This document shows, in pieces, positions 21,501 through 35,700 of a stretch of DNA of 64,000 nt. Position 1 is the stretch's first letter, and each line of letters opens with the position of its first letter. Source of the stretch: Balanoglossus misakiensis. Taxonomy: Eukaryota; Animalia; Hemichordata. Location of the stretch: NCBI GenBank assembly GCA_040954595.2, contig CM082597.2, forward strand, positions 7,403,849 to 7,467,848, read 5' to 3'. The position numbers and the translations under genes are program-made. A model generated the notes under the pieces. That model saw only the letters and a program-made list of their open reading frames with translations. It did no database searches and was not told the DNA's origin.

Positions 21501-23081
21501 CAAGATGGGGTTGTAAGAATTGATTTGTTTGCCTGCAGTTGCATGCCTTTTTATAGGTACAACATGACCAGTTATGTCATTGACATAACAGCCAATTAGC
21601 AGAAAGGTGTGTGACGACAGTCAAGCAAATCAATTATTAGGAGGTTTATTCACAGAATCAGTTTTGTGCAATACAAGTTACAAACACTCCCCCAAACGTT
21701 AATCCAAAAGTCGAAAATGTTGCAATACTTTTAATATCAGAGTTTTAAAATTGTAAGTTTGTTATACAATTTGTAAGTTTCTTGCAAATATGGGAGTATG
21801 AAAGTGAACGAAACATTAATGATCTGTGTAATGAATCAACATTCTTATTACAGAGGAGTGTCACTATAATTGTGAGACCTGGTCTGTATGTTTGAATGTC
21901 TTTCTAATCCAATTAATTCCTGTCGTCTTTCTAGATAACAGAAACGTATGGTAACCTGTGTGCCGATGAGAGAATGCCTTACATCAACGATTGTGACTAT
22001 CCACTAGCTTTTCTCCTTATGAATCACATCTACGGCGGGAATCTCCAAGTATGCGCTTTAATTGCCACTTAATTAATTGATTATAATCAAGCATGTGACG
22101 TGATTGTATGCAACCAGTTCAGTACGAACTTTTGTCAGAGAAGAGTATGAATAATAATGTTACTATTTTGATTTTTGAAAGTCTTTGATTATTATTGTCC
22201 TTGAACGGTACGTTTATGAGAAATAACTCTATCTCCTTGAATTCTTTGCTTATTTCGAATTAATACACGCCGACATCTTCTGATGAAGTAAATCGATTGC
22301 CCAGTTGTGTTTTTTTTGCTGCTAGAAACAGTGAAAGGTGTGAATTCGTTTAGCACGTTTGAAATAGTTTGTAATTGATGGTTGTTGATTGCAGATGACT
22401 TTATGTGACAAGATGACTAGCAAATATACCTCGATAACAAAAATATATCAACATTTTTCGTCTTTCAGAAACCAACCACATATGGCGAAGCTCTTCCCGG
22501 AGATGTAATTATTTTTAATTTATTATTTATGTTCTGATAAATCAGACCGGCCAGTTTCTCGCGTCTGGTACATGCATTAGATTAGCTGAGAGGACCACCC
22601 TGTTTCAAATGCTTTCTAGGGGCGATGGTATGTGGGTCTGTGTGTTTCTAATTGTGAACGAGAACCAGCTCCATATCTTAGTTGCTCATAATTGCAGCAA
22701 AAATGCATCACTGCACCAGCAATGAATTGCATCATTTATTGGACCTGTTTTCGGCGCGCACGTCGGGTGGTAAATTACATATTGGCCTATACATATTTAG
22801 CCAATTATGTTGTATAAACACTTTCTCTTCCATTCTTAAGTTAAACTGCTCAACTGACATGCTTGTCAATATGTTCTCATTATGAGAACATGTCTCATAC
22901 GTCTCCATTAAATCTACTCTAATTGTTTTAGTAATACAATGAAAACCGTGTGAGTGGCCACCTCTGTATATACATTGTAGTGTGATCTTTTCTACACTTG
23001 CCATACACTTTGTTACAATCCCAGTGCAATTTACCTGTACATGAAGTAGTGACTGAAACTTGTTTTCGCTTTCGTGTGTTT

Positions 23082-23136
<55 letters not shown>

Positions 23137-25459
23137 GTCTGTCTTTCTTTCTGTCTGTCAATCTTTCTTTCTGAATCGTTTTCGTAATTTTGTTGTTTTT
23201 TGTTTTTCGTGGATGTTCTATTTTCTCGTTCTGATATTTAAAATAACTCCATAATTGACTATTTGTCGCAGATGTTGACTTTTGATCAGACAGAGCTGAC
23301 GCCGACTTTCAGTGGACAGACAGGCGTTGATACCATGGGGTTTATATACGTACCAACAGGATGCCGAACTAATCCAGGTAGGAGTGCCCCCAATAGGCCA
23401 AGTTTAGCTGAGATACACAGTTTGTGTACTCAAATAATACATGCAGGTCCATGTCATTGTGCCAAAGGATAAATGGAGGGGTCACATCTTTGTCCATATC
23501 CAATTTAGAAATTTAATGACAAACATTAAAGTTCGGGGAAAGTAACCATATTAAACCCAAGCAGATAAAATCTGATGTAAGGTTGGGCGCCGTCTTTATC
23601 TCGCTGCAAAGAAAACAGAAGTCAAAATGATCACTCAAGATCAAGACAGCGCCTAACTCTGCATCTGAACCGCGACTGCAATAAAAGATATGTCAAATAT
23701 GCCAACGTAATATATACTTTTAAATATTCATAGATCACGGACAATCCCATCAAAATTATGTTCTTTTCAGTGAGCTTCAATTTTCTCTTTAACCAGGTTG
23801 TAAGGTTCACATTCAATTCCATGGATGTTTGCAAGGAAGGTACGTCTGATACAAATGCACATTCAGGGCCTTGTATTTGCAACTACAATATTTACTTGTT
23901 TCATTTTCTAGCCATCTAATGGACAGGCAACCCAACAACAACAAAATCGGTAACTTTAAATAAAACAGTACACAACAAGTACAACTAGTAGACACATGAT
24001 ATGCAGAAATGTAATTAGATTGTTCAAATATGATGACGTCATATCTCCATTCCCTATCACACAGGGAAACCCTTAATGAGGAATATGCACTGAACACAGG
24101 CTATAATGAAGTCGGCGAACTGAACAATATCATTATTGTACATCCTCAAGCTATTAAATCTCTGGGCAACTCCAATGGATGCTGGGATTGGTAAGGGAAT
24201 AAACAGTCGTGTTCACAGAGTCGTGAAAATATATAACCTGATAGACATGCAATTTGTTAAGATTATTTTTCTCTTTGAGAGGATAAGTCAAGGATAATTA
24301 TAAAAGAATGCTTGTCCCCACTTACTATTCAAACAAAATGGACACGTTTTGTTTTGACGTGCGATTTATTTTAGTTATATATTTCAGGACTGTTTGAAAG
24401 CTACGCATGTGGTATATGTACATTTTTTGTGATATGTATCAAAACCAGTTATACATGTATAATGCAACAAGGTAGTGATCAGTTATTACAAGTGAAAACA
24501 AGACTGAAAGCTGTTAATGTGTTTTGTCATTTTCGCAGGTGGGGTTACACTGACCAGACTTACGGTAAGATTCTTTGACGATGTTAGACTCTCTCACAGC
24601 CCAAGGCTTCGTTAAAAGGCTCTTCACATGTTTCACACTGATACGCCCTCAACCGTTTAGGAGATGCTAGCCAAGCTTCACTCGGGCATTGAGGGCGCAC
24701 ATTCAATCGGACGATAAGCCTGCGTAGACGGCGAGAGGGGATGTGAGAGTCTATGATGTGTGCCAGCAGTAGTTAAAGTTGACGACAACGCATTGTTTAA
24801 AGTTTGGGATAATATACTAGAATGTTGTCAAGCTTGCAAAAAGCCAAGATCATAATAATGCTACTGTGAAAAGGAAGTGGTCACATGATAAAAAAGTAGA
24901 AAATGTTTTCAAGTGTGGTGGCTAGGTCACACGGACACTTTGGTCATTTCAGAGAGTCATACAGACACTACACCCACAGGGAGCTCTTCCTCCTTGTTTG
25001 TAGTGTGTGCGTCACTGTATGTTATTGATTAATATAACAATATGGGGAAAATTTGTGTTTGTTTGTTTGTTTACAAATTAGCTAGGTCACCTGTGTCTTT
25101 TGACAGGTTAGGGTTAGGGCATTTGTAAACAAACAAACAAAACAAAACAAACAAGCACACACAGATTTTTATTATATTAATCACTAACAACACACACACG
25201 CACATGCAATGCATGGCATTACTTGTTGCCATTAACAAAAGATTGTCTTCAACATCCGATGCCTGATATTTGTGTATCTACTTAATTTTCCTGCCACACA
25301 GATCTGAAAGCTGGTGTACAAATGACATTTATCAAGAACATCATCGATAGAGTGACGAGTGAACATAGTACCTGTGGTCTTGTCAGATCCAAGATGTTCA
25401 AGAAACAATGTCTTATTATACCAAGTACTCAGGCACCTCCTCCTCCACCAGTATGCTAG
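18586..25459 (+). CDS. Secreted poly(3-hydroxybutyrate) depolymerase-like esterase, paralog 2 (11 exons, ~376 aa)
   Basis: Exons 18586-18694, 19709-19831, 20484-20681, 21356-21447, 21935-22048, 22469-22504, 23272-23377, 23797-23839, 24065-24190, 24539-24564 and 25302-25459 (1131 nt). Internal exon sizes are identical to paralog 1. Signal MTRFVVVIVFASLVAGFVNG; ISVSGVSSGAYMAIQMHVAYS; FSGSQDTTV; PAGHAM; FHGCLQ; NGCWDWWGY. Confidence 0.92.
23081..23170. repeat. (TTTC)n microsatellite
   Basis: Seen directly. Confidence 0.95.
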
Positions 25460-25767
25460 GCAGATTGACCTTTGACCTGTGAAGACATCAACTGGATACA
25501 GGACTTTAATACTGTTGCATGGATGAATATCTCAATTTGAAAGATGTTTTCTACTTGCAATTAAATCAATGATCTGTCAACTTTTTCTGAGGGCAAATCG
25601 ATAGGTTAATAAAATCACTGGATAAATTGTCAATGCCGGGTTAAATGCACGGAATGAAAATGATTGTAAAAGCTGATGCGGCCAGTTGCAAAAGTCGGTT
25701 GGAAATCATCAACAACTTCTATTGTTTTTTTAAGGACTGCTAAAACTCTGTGTCCAGACCATTCTAA

Positions 25768-26105
25768 GCGACAAAGTCTCTCTCTTGCAGCCCTTTTTCC
25801 ATTAATTATGTTTGATACAAGACACCTTTTTGTTATTCTACATGTGGATATATAGTGAATCAACATTCGACCACACACAACTTCCATCCCGCTTGTAGAC
25901 ACAAGAGTGAAAAAACTCGCCAAAACGAATAATCGGTGTTTATCATTTATTCATTTTGGGCGAGTTTTTACTCCTACAAACAGGATGGAAGGTGTGTGTG
26001 GTCGAATGTTGATTCACTATATATCCACATGTACATATTAACATAAACAATGTCTTGTATCAAACATAATTAATGGAAAAGGGCCAGCGAGAGAGAGACT
26101 TTGTT
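25768..26105. mobile_element. MITE family A copy 3
   Basis: gacaaagtctctctcttgcagccctttttccattaattatgtttgatacaagacac...gagagagactttgt. Confidence 0.8.
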
Positions 26106-28417
26106 CTAGAAAGAACTGAAAGAACCCTTCCTCCTGCCTCCAGCTTGCACCACATATCCCATGACCTGTGTGTTAAATATTAACCACCAACAGACGCCCT
26201 CTACAGTATCTTCATTCGTTTCTGTTCTTCATGGTAATCTAGTGGCTTTATTAATCAGCTTTATCTAGCCTAGACAGATGTTCCAACCCTATCTGTGCAT
26301 AAAACCTGTTTGTGCGGACTGTAGGTAAGTGAAAGTTTGAACAGAAAAAATTCATCTTTTTGCTCAATCAGTTGATGTATGTAATACACATTGTACGAAA
26401 GATTACTTCAGCTGTGGTATTCTGACCAAAACTGAACCTGGATTCAATTTTGGGGATTATAGTGATTTGATTGGATGTACTAGATCCAAAATATTTTTTT
26501 TTTGCAGATAAAATTGAAAACATTATAGATTTGAGACAGGTTAATTTGTGGTCATTAAAATTTGGTCCAATAGCGAGTATTTCAGATTTGAAGGACTGGT
26601 TGTGATTATGTGTCAAACCAGACCAAGTCAGTGTTTTTTTGTGGACTGTGGCATCATCTCATGTATGATGTGTTTATGTGGAAGTGTTTGTGTGGGGGTG
26701 AATATGGAGTGAGCTAGTTTGTAGAGAGCTGAGTTGGTAAATTCTCTGCAGTATATTGGATACTCTGCTCAAACTCTAGTGTACTGTGTTCACTTTCATT
26801 CAAACAATTATTTCACACATAAAGGAACAAAGTCACTAAATTTTGACATTATTTTGGATATTTTACATTTTTTGAAGGCTTTTTATGTTGTTCTACTCAC
26901 CAAAACATGCACATTGACCTATTGTCAACAACTCACTTCACAACCCATATACATTACACATGAATAATTCCATCATTTCATTTCTGGTCTGTACCAAAAA
27001 TTATATTGCAGACATGTTATATTCATGTACAGGGTGTGAGTTTAATTGTAACAACTAGCCATTGAACATGTTTCAGTGAGTAGACATACATCACTAGCCC
27101 ATCAAATGAAACTAAAATATCCAAAATCATTTCAAAAGTTATCAACTTTTCCCCTTTACTCTAAGTTCTCAAATAAAATAAACTAGACAAATAAAGTAAT
27201 AATGATGAAGATTTAATGCTGTATATAATAATAAAAAAGATTCAATAATAAAACTAGACCAAAAATAAAGAACACACAATGTAAAACTCAACTGCATAAT
27301 TTTAACATGCTTTCAACCGAGTCATAAAAATGATAAAGAATTGAATGATGAAAATTTACTACTGTATGTAAAACTAAAAAAAATTAATGTTCAATGATAA
27401 ATCTAACAAAAATAAACAGCACATATTAACTCATGATTGTCTGATTTATATCATGCATAGAGGTTTAATATACAAAGAATGTAATAATAATGAAAATTGA
27501 TTGCTGTTTGTAATACTAAACAAAAATGTATTAAACTTAACTAAAACAATAATAAGGTTAATAAACATAAAAAATAAATTAAACAGAACATATTAAAAGG
27601 ACATACAACACAGTTTGCTAGCAAGTCAAACTTGCCACAAAGTGTAATTGCTACAATGTACATCATTGCAAATAATATTGAATATTGGAAAAATGCCAAA
27701 ATATTAAAGATTATAAAAGTGCAACGGTAAATTCAATTATTCTGTACCAATCAACAAGTCATTATTAACAATATACTCCCCCCCCTGTAGACATGAAAAG
27801 TCAACTTCAATAAAATGGATCAAATTGTGACAAGATAACAATAAGGAAATGTAATATTTACAATAATACAGGTAATAGTTTAAAAGTCAACCATTTATAA
27901 ACTTGAAATGTCTGGTTAATAAGTTCTGCCAATTTCAAGTCTTAATTGATAAAAAAACAAAAATAAGAATACAATGTATGTTACATATGGACGATTGATG
28001 CAAACAGATCTCAAAAGCTCCTACTGATATACAAATCACATAATTATTCTAATTGAGAGCTGATGACAATTCTATGATCTTTGTAATGAGTTGTAAAAGT
28101 TCTATTTTCTGGTTCAGACACAACCTGACTTTTTAACCGACCTTGGCACATATGACAATGGAAAGTGGTTTAATGAATGATTTCTGTTTATTTCAGTCCT
28201 TCTGGCAACTTGACAAACCATTGGGGAAATTATTATTTATTGTTTAATATTCACTAGTTCTCTATAACAGCTTGTATAGTAAGGCAAAAAAAAAAAAAAT
28301 ATGTGCTGTTCCGATTACATGGTTTTCAAAAATAGGGTAGGTAAGTAGGTAGGGAATTTTTTTTATTTTCCAATTTTTTTTATAGTGTAGAAGAATGACG
28401 TCATAGTTCTTGCATGA

Positions 28418-28725
28418 TTCTCACAATTTGCATACATTTTTAGGGGCCTTGGTATTGTTGGAATTTTTCTTCTTATTAGGGCCCTATTGGTTTTGTTGGG
28501 GTTTTTCTTTCTTTATTCTCCTGTCAATTCTTCGGCCAACTAGATCTCTGAAACTACTGCAGGTACACTTCTCAAACTTGCTACAGTGGTCAAAGTCAAT
28601 GAGTAGATGTACAGTGGCTCGTGAATATTTAATTAGTCACATGACCTGGTGGCCATATTGGATTTTCTGAAATGACTTCTACTCAAAAACTACAGGGCCA
28701 TCCAAGTTCAAATTTCGTGTGACGT
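28418..28725. mobile_element. Fragment of Helentron/DINE-like interspersed repeat (same family as 62090-62680; duplicated at ~49505-49760)
   Basis: Shares ttttaggg(g)cc..ggtattgttgg, ttcggcca..ctagatct, aaacttg..acagtggt and agtcacatgacctg motifs with 62090-62440. Confidence 0.55.
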
Positions 28726-29744
28726 TAATAAGTAAATAAGGAAATAAGGAAAACACACAACAACAGGGTCATAGCTGACTGAAATGACAACTACCAGAAC
28801 AGTAATCCTACACCAAATTTGGCCATAAAACAGCACCTCAAAACAATACCCAAACTTACAGCCATTATAAACTTCAATGCCAGGCTGTGAGAGCAATTTA
28901 ATAAAATGGCATGTGAAGATCATTACGGAAGTTGTTCCCAGGAAAAGAATTAGGAGACAGAATATGTCATATGAAAATGATGCAAACAATACACGTCGAT
29001 GTTTGGCATGTACAACTTAATGGGCATATTGAATATATCATGTGCTTGAACTCCAGTGATTTCACCTGCGCTGCTTTTGTTATCGATGGCACCTGGATCA
29101 ATTATTTTACTGCATGGTCTTCCCCAGTCATTTTAACAGGTTCCCCAAATTGGTACCGTGTGTCAATGCAGTCATATTGATGGGGAACAGAAGTGTTACT
29201 GATCTGAAATCATTTACCACCAATCTTCCCCCAACATTTGCAAAAACACTGACTTGGTTGGAAACATGGTCAGCAGTTGAACTACGGGGAAATGCACAAT
29301 TGAAAGACACTGACTGAAACAACAAAAACCAATATAGAAATCCTACCCTACAACATTGACTTTGAGATATGACCTGGAAAAACTAACGTCAAATCAGAAA
29401 TACCCGCAACAGACCAGCATCACTCATTGTTCATGGACAATGTTCCAAAACTCATGGTACACTTTTGGAAAAACTGTGACTTAAACATGACCACTACCCT
29501 CACTATCAAATCTTTACAAAGTCCATTGTGAAGACTTCATGGTAACCATATTCTGACTTACATATAGAAGTAGCCATTGGATCATCCGATCTTTTTTTGG
29601 TTTTTGACTTTCACGACGACCAGATTTCGACCTGTATTGAGAAGCACCCATTAACTGATCTTCCTGTCTTTTCAGCCCATGACATTTTGTCCAAATTTCT
29701 ACCCAAAAGCTAAATAAGGTACCGGTATATAGCTCACCCGTTTT

Positions 29745-32700
29745 TCAAAATTTGCTAAACGAGAGAACATCAGAATCTATACCAGATTCAGCAGAAGTCT
29801 CCTCTGATAAATAGGGTAAGCCAGATATTGCAGCACCTGTAGCTTTTCTTTCAGACTTCAGCTTGCGACCTTCACGACGACCAGATTCTGACATGTATTT
29901 AGAAGTGGCAAATGGATCGTCTCCTTTTTTCAGCAGATGACATTTTTCATGTTCATCTTCCGAACTTAAAGTGGTATATGGCTCACTCAATTTGCCAGAG
30001 GAGAGAACATCAGCATCTACCCCAGATTCAGCAGAACTTTCCTCTGTAAAACAGGGTAAGTCAGACATTGTAGCACCTGCAGCTTTGGTATCATACTTCA
30101 TCTTGTGACTTTCACACAGTCCAGATTCTTTTTTAAGCACATGACTTTTTTTATGTCCACATTCTGACTTCAAAGTGGTACGTTGCTCATCAAGATTTTT
30201 AGAATTGCCAGATGAGACACCTGAACCAGCTTCTATACCAAAATCAATAGAAGTTATTTTCCCAACAAGATCCTCTGACCAAGTCATATTTCCTATCCCT
30301 TTACTTAACCTCTCTGCACCAACATCTTCAATATCATTATGACTAAGATCCAGGAATCTCAGCCAAGTCATATTTCCCATCCCTTTACTTAAACTCTCTG
30401 CACCAACATCTCCAATGTTATTATGACTAAGATCCAGGTGTCCTAGCCCATTCATATTCTTCATCCCTTTACTTAACCTCTCTGCACCAATATCTCCAAT
30501 GTTATTATGACTAAGATCCAGCTGCCACAGCCCAGTCATATTCTCCATCCCTTTACTTAAACTCTCTACCCCAACATCTCCAATGTTATTACAACTTAAA
30601 AAAAGGTGCCACAGCCGAGACATATTCCCCATCCCTTTACTTAAACTCTTTGCACCAACATCTCCAATGTTATTATGACTAAGATCCAGGTGTCTCAGCC
30701 AAGCCATATTCCCCATCCCTCTACTTAAACTCTCTGCACCAAGATCTCTAATGTTATTACGACTAAGATCCAGGTGTCTCAGCCAAGCCATATTCCCCAT
30801 CCCTCTACTTAAACTCTCTGCACCAATATCTCCAATGTTATTATGACTAAGAACCAGGTGCCTCAGCTCAGTCATATTCCCCATCCTTTTACTTAAACTC
30901 TCTGCACCAACATCTCCAATGTTATTATGACTAAGATCCAGGTGTCTCAGCCGAGTCATATTCTCCATCCCTTTACTTAAACTCTCTGCACCAACATCCC
31001 CAATGTTATTTTGACTAAGATCCAGATGTCTGAGCTCAGTCATATTCTCCATCCCTTTACTTAAACTCTTTGCACCAACATCTCCAATGTTATTATGACT
31101 AAGATCCAGGTGTCTCAGCCCAGTCATATTCTCTATCCCTTTACTTAAACTCTTTGCACCAACATCTCCAATGTTATTATGACTAAGATCCAGGTGCCAC
31201 AGCCCAGTCATATTCTCTATCCCTTTACTTAAACTCTCTGCACCAACATCTCCAATTTTATTATGACTAAGATCCAGGTGCCACAGCCCAGTCATATTCT
31301 CTATCCCTTTACTTAAACCCTCTGCCCCAACATCTCCAATGTTATTATGACTAAGATCGAGGTGTATCTGCCCAGTCATATTCTCCATCCCTTTACTTAA
31401 ACTCTCTGCACCAACATCTCCAATGTTATTATAACTAAGATCCAGGTGTCTCAGCTCAGTCATATTCCCCATCCCTTTACCGGTACTTAAACTCTCTGCA
31501 CCAACATCTCCAATGTTATTATGACTAAGATCCAGGTGTTCCATCCAACGCATATTCCTCATCCCTTTACTTAAACTCTCTGCACCAACATCTCCAATGT
31601 TATTATGACTAAGATCAAGGTGTTCCATCCAACGCATATTCTCCATCCCTTTACTTAACCTCTGTGCACCAACATCTCCAAAATGACAACCACAAAGTTT
31701 CAGAGTGCGTACAAATGAAAGAATACTCAATCCATCACAGATCTTTTCAAATTCAGCCTGACTACACTGCTTGCTTACTTCCACAATTTTACATTCTTTG
31801 ACAACTTCCTTCATGAATATCAATTTATCTAGAGTAAGACTGTCTTCATCAAAATTGACATTATGGAAGGATGTCTGCAGTTCCTGAGGAATGTGTGGTA
31901 GGATGTACTTAAGGCCTCTGATGTCATTTCCAGCAACATTGACAATTTGTTGTCGATTCTGTGGCACAATGTTCAACAAACCAACTATTCCTCTTAAACT
32001 GATACCTGTGTCACTAAAATTAACATCAGTGAGATATTCCAGTATATGCAGTTTTCCACATATGTACTTTATGCCGTCATCTCCAATGTTATTTGAACTG
32101 ACGTCTAAATGTCTCAGAGACAACAGATGCTCAAAACTATCAGCAACAACTTTAGCATTATTAGTAGTGAAACCAGACTCAGTAATAACAAAACTTTTTA
32201 AGTTCTTGAAGAAAATCAGATTTAAACATAGCAAGTTGGTAATGTCCGAAGATAAAGTTGAAACATGTATTTGTTCTACAGAGTTTCCTTTCTTCTGCAA
32301 ATTGAAAATGTCACCCACAGTTTTGAAGTGTGTAACATGGGATTTGAAATCTCCAACCTGGTTTGCAATCTGTTCACACTCTAACAACCTTCCAAGACTT
32401 TCTTCCACCCCATTATTCTCCAACAGAACATTGAATTCACCAACCAATGGTAACAATGCTTCACACCCAAGGGAACCTAACTTGTTGTTTGAGACATATA
32501 TATCCTCCAGAAATGGAAAACATTTGACAGCTCTCAGAAGTGTGTCAATAAAGGTGTATTCTAAATCATTATGTGGCAACTCCAATGTCCTTACTTTTAA
32601 TGACACAGTTTCATTTCCCATAATTTCGAAAACCTTTGTGACAAATACATCATTAAATCCAATGAAATGGAGTGATTTCAACAGAGGCAGCGATCCCAAT

Positions 32701-35700
32701 GCTTTGACAAGTGCCTGAATTGTTTCATGACCAACATCCTGAAAGTTGTCATCAACCGCTTCAATAGTCACACTTCTCAGACTGACCTCACTATGACCTT
32801 TGACAGATTTTTGTGTGTGAGCCATTAAGAGTTGATGGAATGTGATATATCTAGTGGCCACAGTCAAATCAGTTGGGTTTTTAACTTGAAATTTGACAGT
32901 GGATGATGGATTTTCAATCATTACATTCAGGTGTTTGTTGAACTTCTCTGAAAGGTCTGCCCTTTCTTTATCACTTGTCAAATTGATATTCTGAACAACA
33001 GAAGTGTTCCCTATAAAAAGGGATGCAGCTTGCAAACTTTGTGGAGAGACTCTATTTATATCATATTCTGATAGTTCTAATGTCTGGGGTTTTAATAACT
33101 GTTGTATAATGCTTGTAAACTTTTCTGGATATTTTGATTCAAGAAGACAAGACCCAAGTAGTGCAAAACAGTCATAGGTCACTGGATATTTCTTCATAAT
33201 ATAGTTTGTGAGTACTATAAAGAAGAATGTTGCATTCTCGTGAAGGATACCAGCTACATAATGTAAAGTGACTGGCATGTACTCTACCAACATCTCAATT
33301 GTATGTTGTTTCAGAAATATGTCTTTGGTTTTGCTGACATATAAAGCTACTGCATAAAAATATATATACTGACTCAGGAAGTGATAGCTATGTGTGTGTT
33401 TCTGTTGATCCGAAAGAAATCTATGGTATAAACTTTCTCCACTCTCTTGTACTAAATTATAGAAGTACTTCTCTTCTTGACAGCTATCAAACGCATGATA
33501 CAGTGTCATGCCTTTTCGACATTTAAGAAATTCTTGTTGCCCAATTTCACAGAGCCTGTCCTGCACTACATCCCAGACATTCTCTATCTCAAGTTGATGT
33601 TCCCTACAGTACATCTCTACATGATGTTTAATTGCATATTCAGTTGCTTCTGTCAAAGTTGATGGTAAAGTGTAACAATTCTCATACCAGTAAGATACAA
33701 GTGAAGGAAAGAAAAATTCTTTCAATCTTAATTCACCCACAATTGGATGAAATCTGGACTGCTGTATCAAATACTTAGCTTGGCTGTTCTCCTCTACATG
33801 ATCTAGTACATATCTCTCCCATTCATCACATGCAACAGTCCTCACCCAGGTCTTCTCAGGGATGGTGTAGACAGCAGACATATCTGATGGAAACAAAAAA
33901 TATGTACTGTTCTCTTAATCTCTTTACAATACACAGAAATATGTATTTAATAATACACAAAATACACACACAAACATTTTTTTGGCTTGTCTTCTCAAAG
34001 TGTCATTCAGCAACACAAATCTTTCAAATCAAAGTTTTATTGATACAAATTACTTACTGCATTTCTGATCATTGTCAGCAATGCAGGTAAAGTTATATCT
34101 TACTTAAATTTATGGAATTCAGCGGAAGTAAGCCAATCAAAAGGAAAATAAAGATAAAGATTTTAAAAATTATTGCTATGCTGGCAAACAGACCGGTCTA
34201 GTACGTTGATAGAAATGAATTTGTGAAACGTGTGATGCATTTATCAAAATTATGCAGATGTAAATACTCACCATGAAGTATGTGTTTGACAGTCTCAAAA
34301 CCCTCTTTGTCTATCTTCATTCTGATTCTGACAACACATCCAGCTTTCTCTGCTAGGGATCTCATCTCCGACGTTATTAAGATATCACTCAGCATTTCAT
34401 CAACTTCTCCAGCATCATATTTCTGCCAGAAATAATCACTGTCTTCCTCTGAAAGGAAAGTCAGTAAGAACCACAAAGAGCTTTGGACAACTCCATCTAA
34501 TCTTGCTTTGTATTTCTCAAAGGCTTCATCTAACTGTTCTATCAGATCCGGATCATTTCTGTCCATGATTTTCTTTATCTGAAGTTCATAAATTGCTGAT
34601 ATTTGATTTATCAAGATCTGTTTCTGCTTCATTTTCTCCCTTTCAAGTTCCATTTTCTCTCTTTCAAGTTCCATTTTCTCTCTTTCAAGTTTAATTTTCT
34701 CCCTTTCAAGCTCCATTGTTTGGTTATCTTTATTCCTTTCCACCTTCATCTTTTCAAGCTCAATCCTTTTGTGTTCTGTTTCATGGTCCATCCTTTTCTG
34801 TTCCGTTTCTAGTTCAATTTTTTTGTGTTCTGTTTCCACTCTCATCTTTTCCATCTCCATCTTCATTTTTTTTTCTTCAAATTCCAGATTTACTTCACAC
34901 TTAACAGCTATGGGTTGAATAAACAATGAAACAGAAATAATTGCCAGCTTGATGATGATTTTTGCTGCCAGATAATTGTGGCCAAAATGAATTGATCTAG
35001 ATTATTTTGCTACAAATAAACTAATGATCAAATTATATTTTATCTCCCAAATGAGTAATATAATTTCATCCTACTGAAAATAGCGATGTGTTATCAATAG
35101 AGGAATCATACAGTGTCAGTTAATGTTCATGTCAAAGCTAAGATATTTTGTGTGACATGTCTTGAGTATAGGTGACACCAACTAACACTGTAGTTTAATG
35201 ACCATTTCACCAAATAACCCGTCAGTTTTGATATTTGCAGTAAATGTCCAGGGGGTGACTGTCCTAGAAACTTGGGTGTTTGGGAAAAGTGAACACACTG
35301 CAGAAAACATAACTTACTTGGCATCAATGGCCTTTTCCGTTGTATCATTTTTGATTTATGAGTTTCACTTGTTGGTTTCTCATCTGAAACAACAGCAGAC
35401 ACTGGACTTCCTGCGAGGAGAAAGTTTTTTTTTTTAAAGTTAGTTCAGAAAAGTGCAGTACCCTTTCACTTTTTTCACAAGTCACTTCGGCATGCAGGAA
35501 AAGCTTGACATATAAATTGTTGTATATACCAGTAAGTATGAATTTCATGAAATGATGACACTCATGACTGTCTCAATTAATTTCTCCTGTTTCAATCTCA
35601 GCGAAAGTATCTGTGCTAGTTAAAAATTGGTTGTTTCAACACAGAGAGTTTATTAAGAAACATTCAATACACAAAACAGAAACTCAAAATGATAAAAATG

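Noticed and set aside
31891-32718. 275-aa plus-strand ORF (and similar ones at 52915-53667, 36949-38054, 55448-56192, 59232-60337)
   Set aside because: Antisense shadows of the NLR coding exons with no recognisable motifs.
29745-33896. ORF-track starts for the large NLR ORFs (33896, 54839, 38108, 34926, 56123, 60373)
   Set aside because: These starts lie in introns upstream of clear AG acceptors; the ORFs are exons of larger spliced genes.
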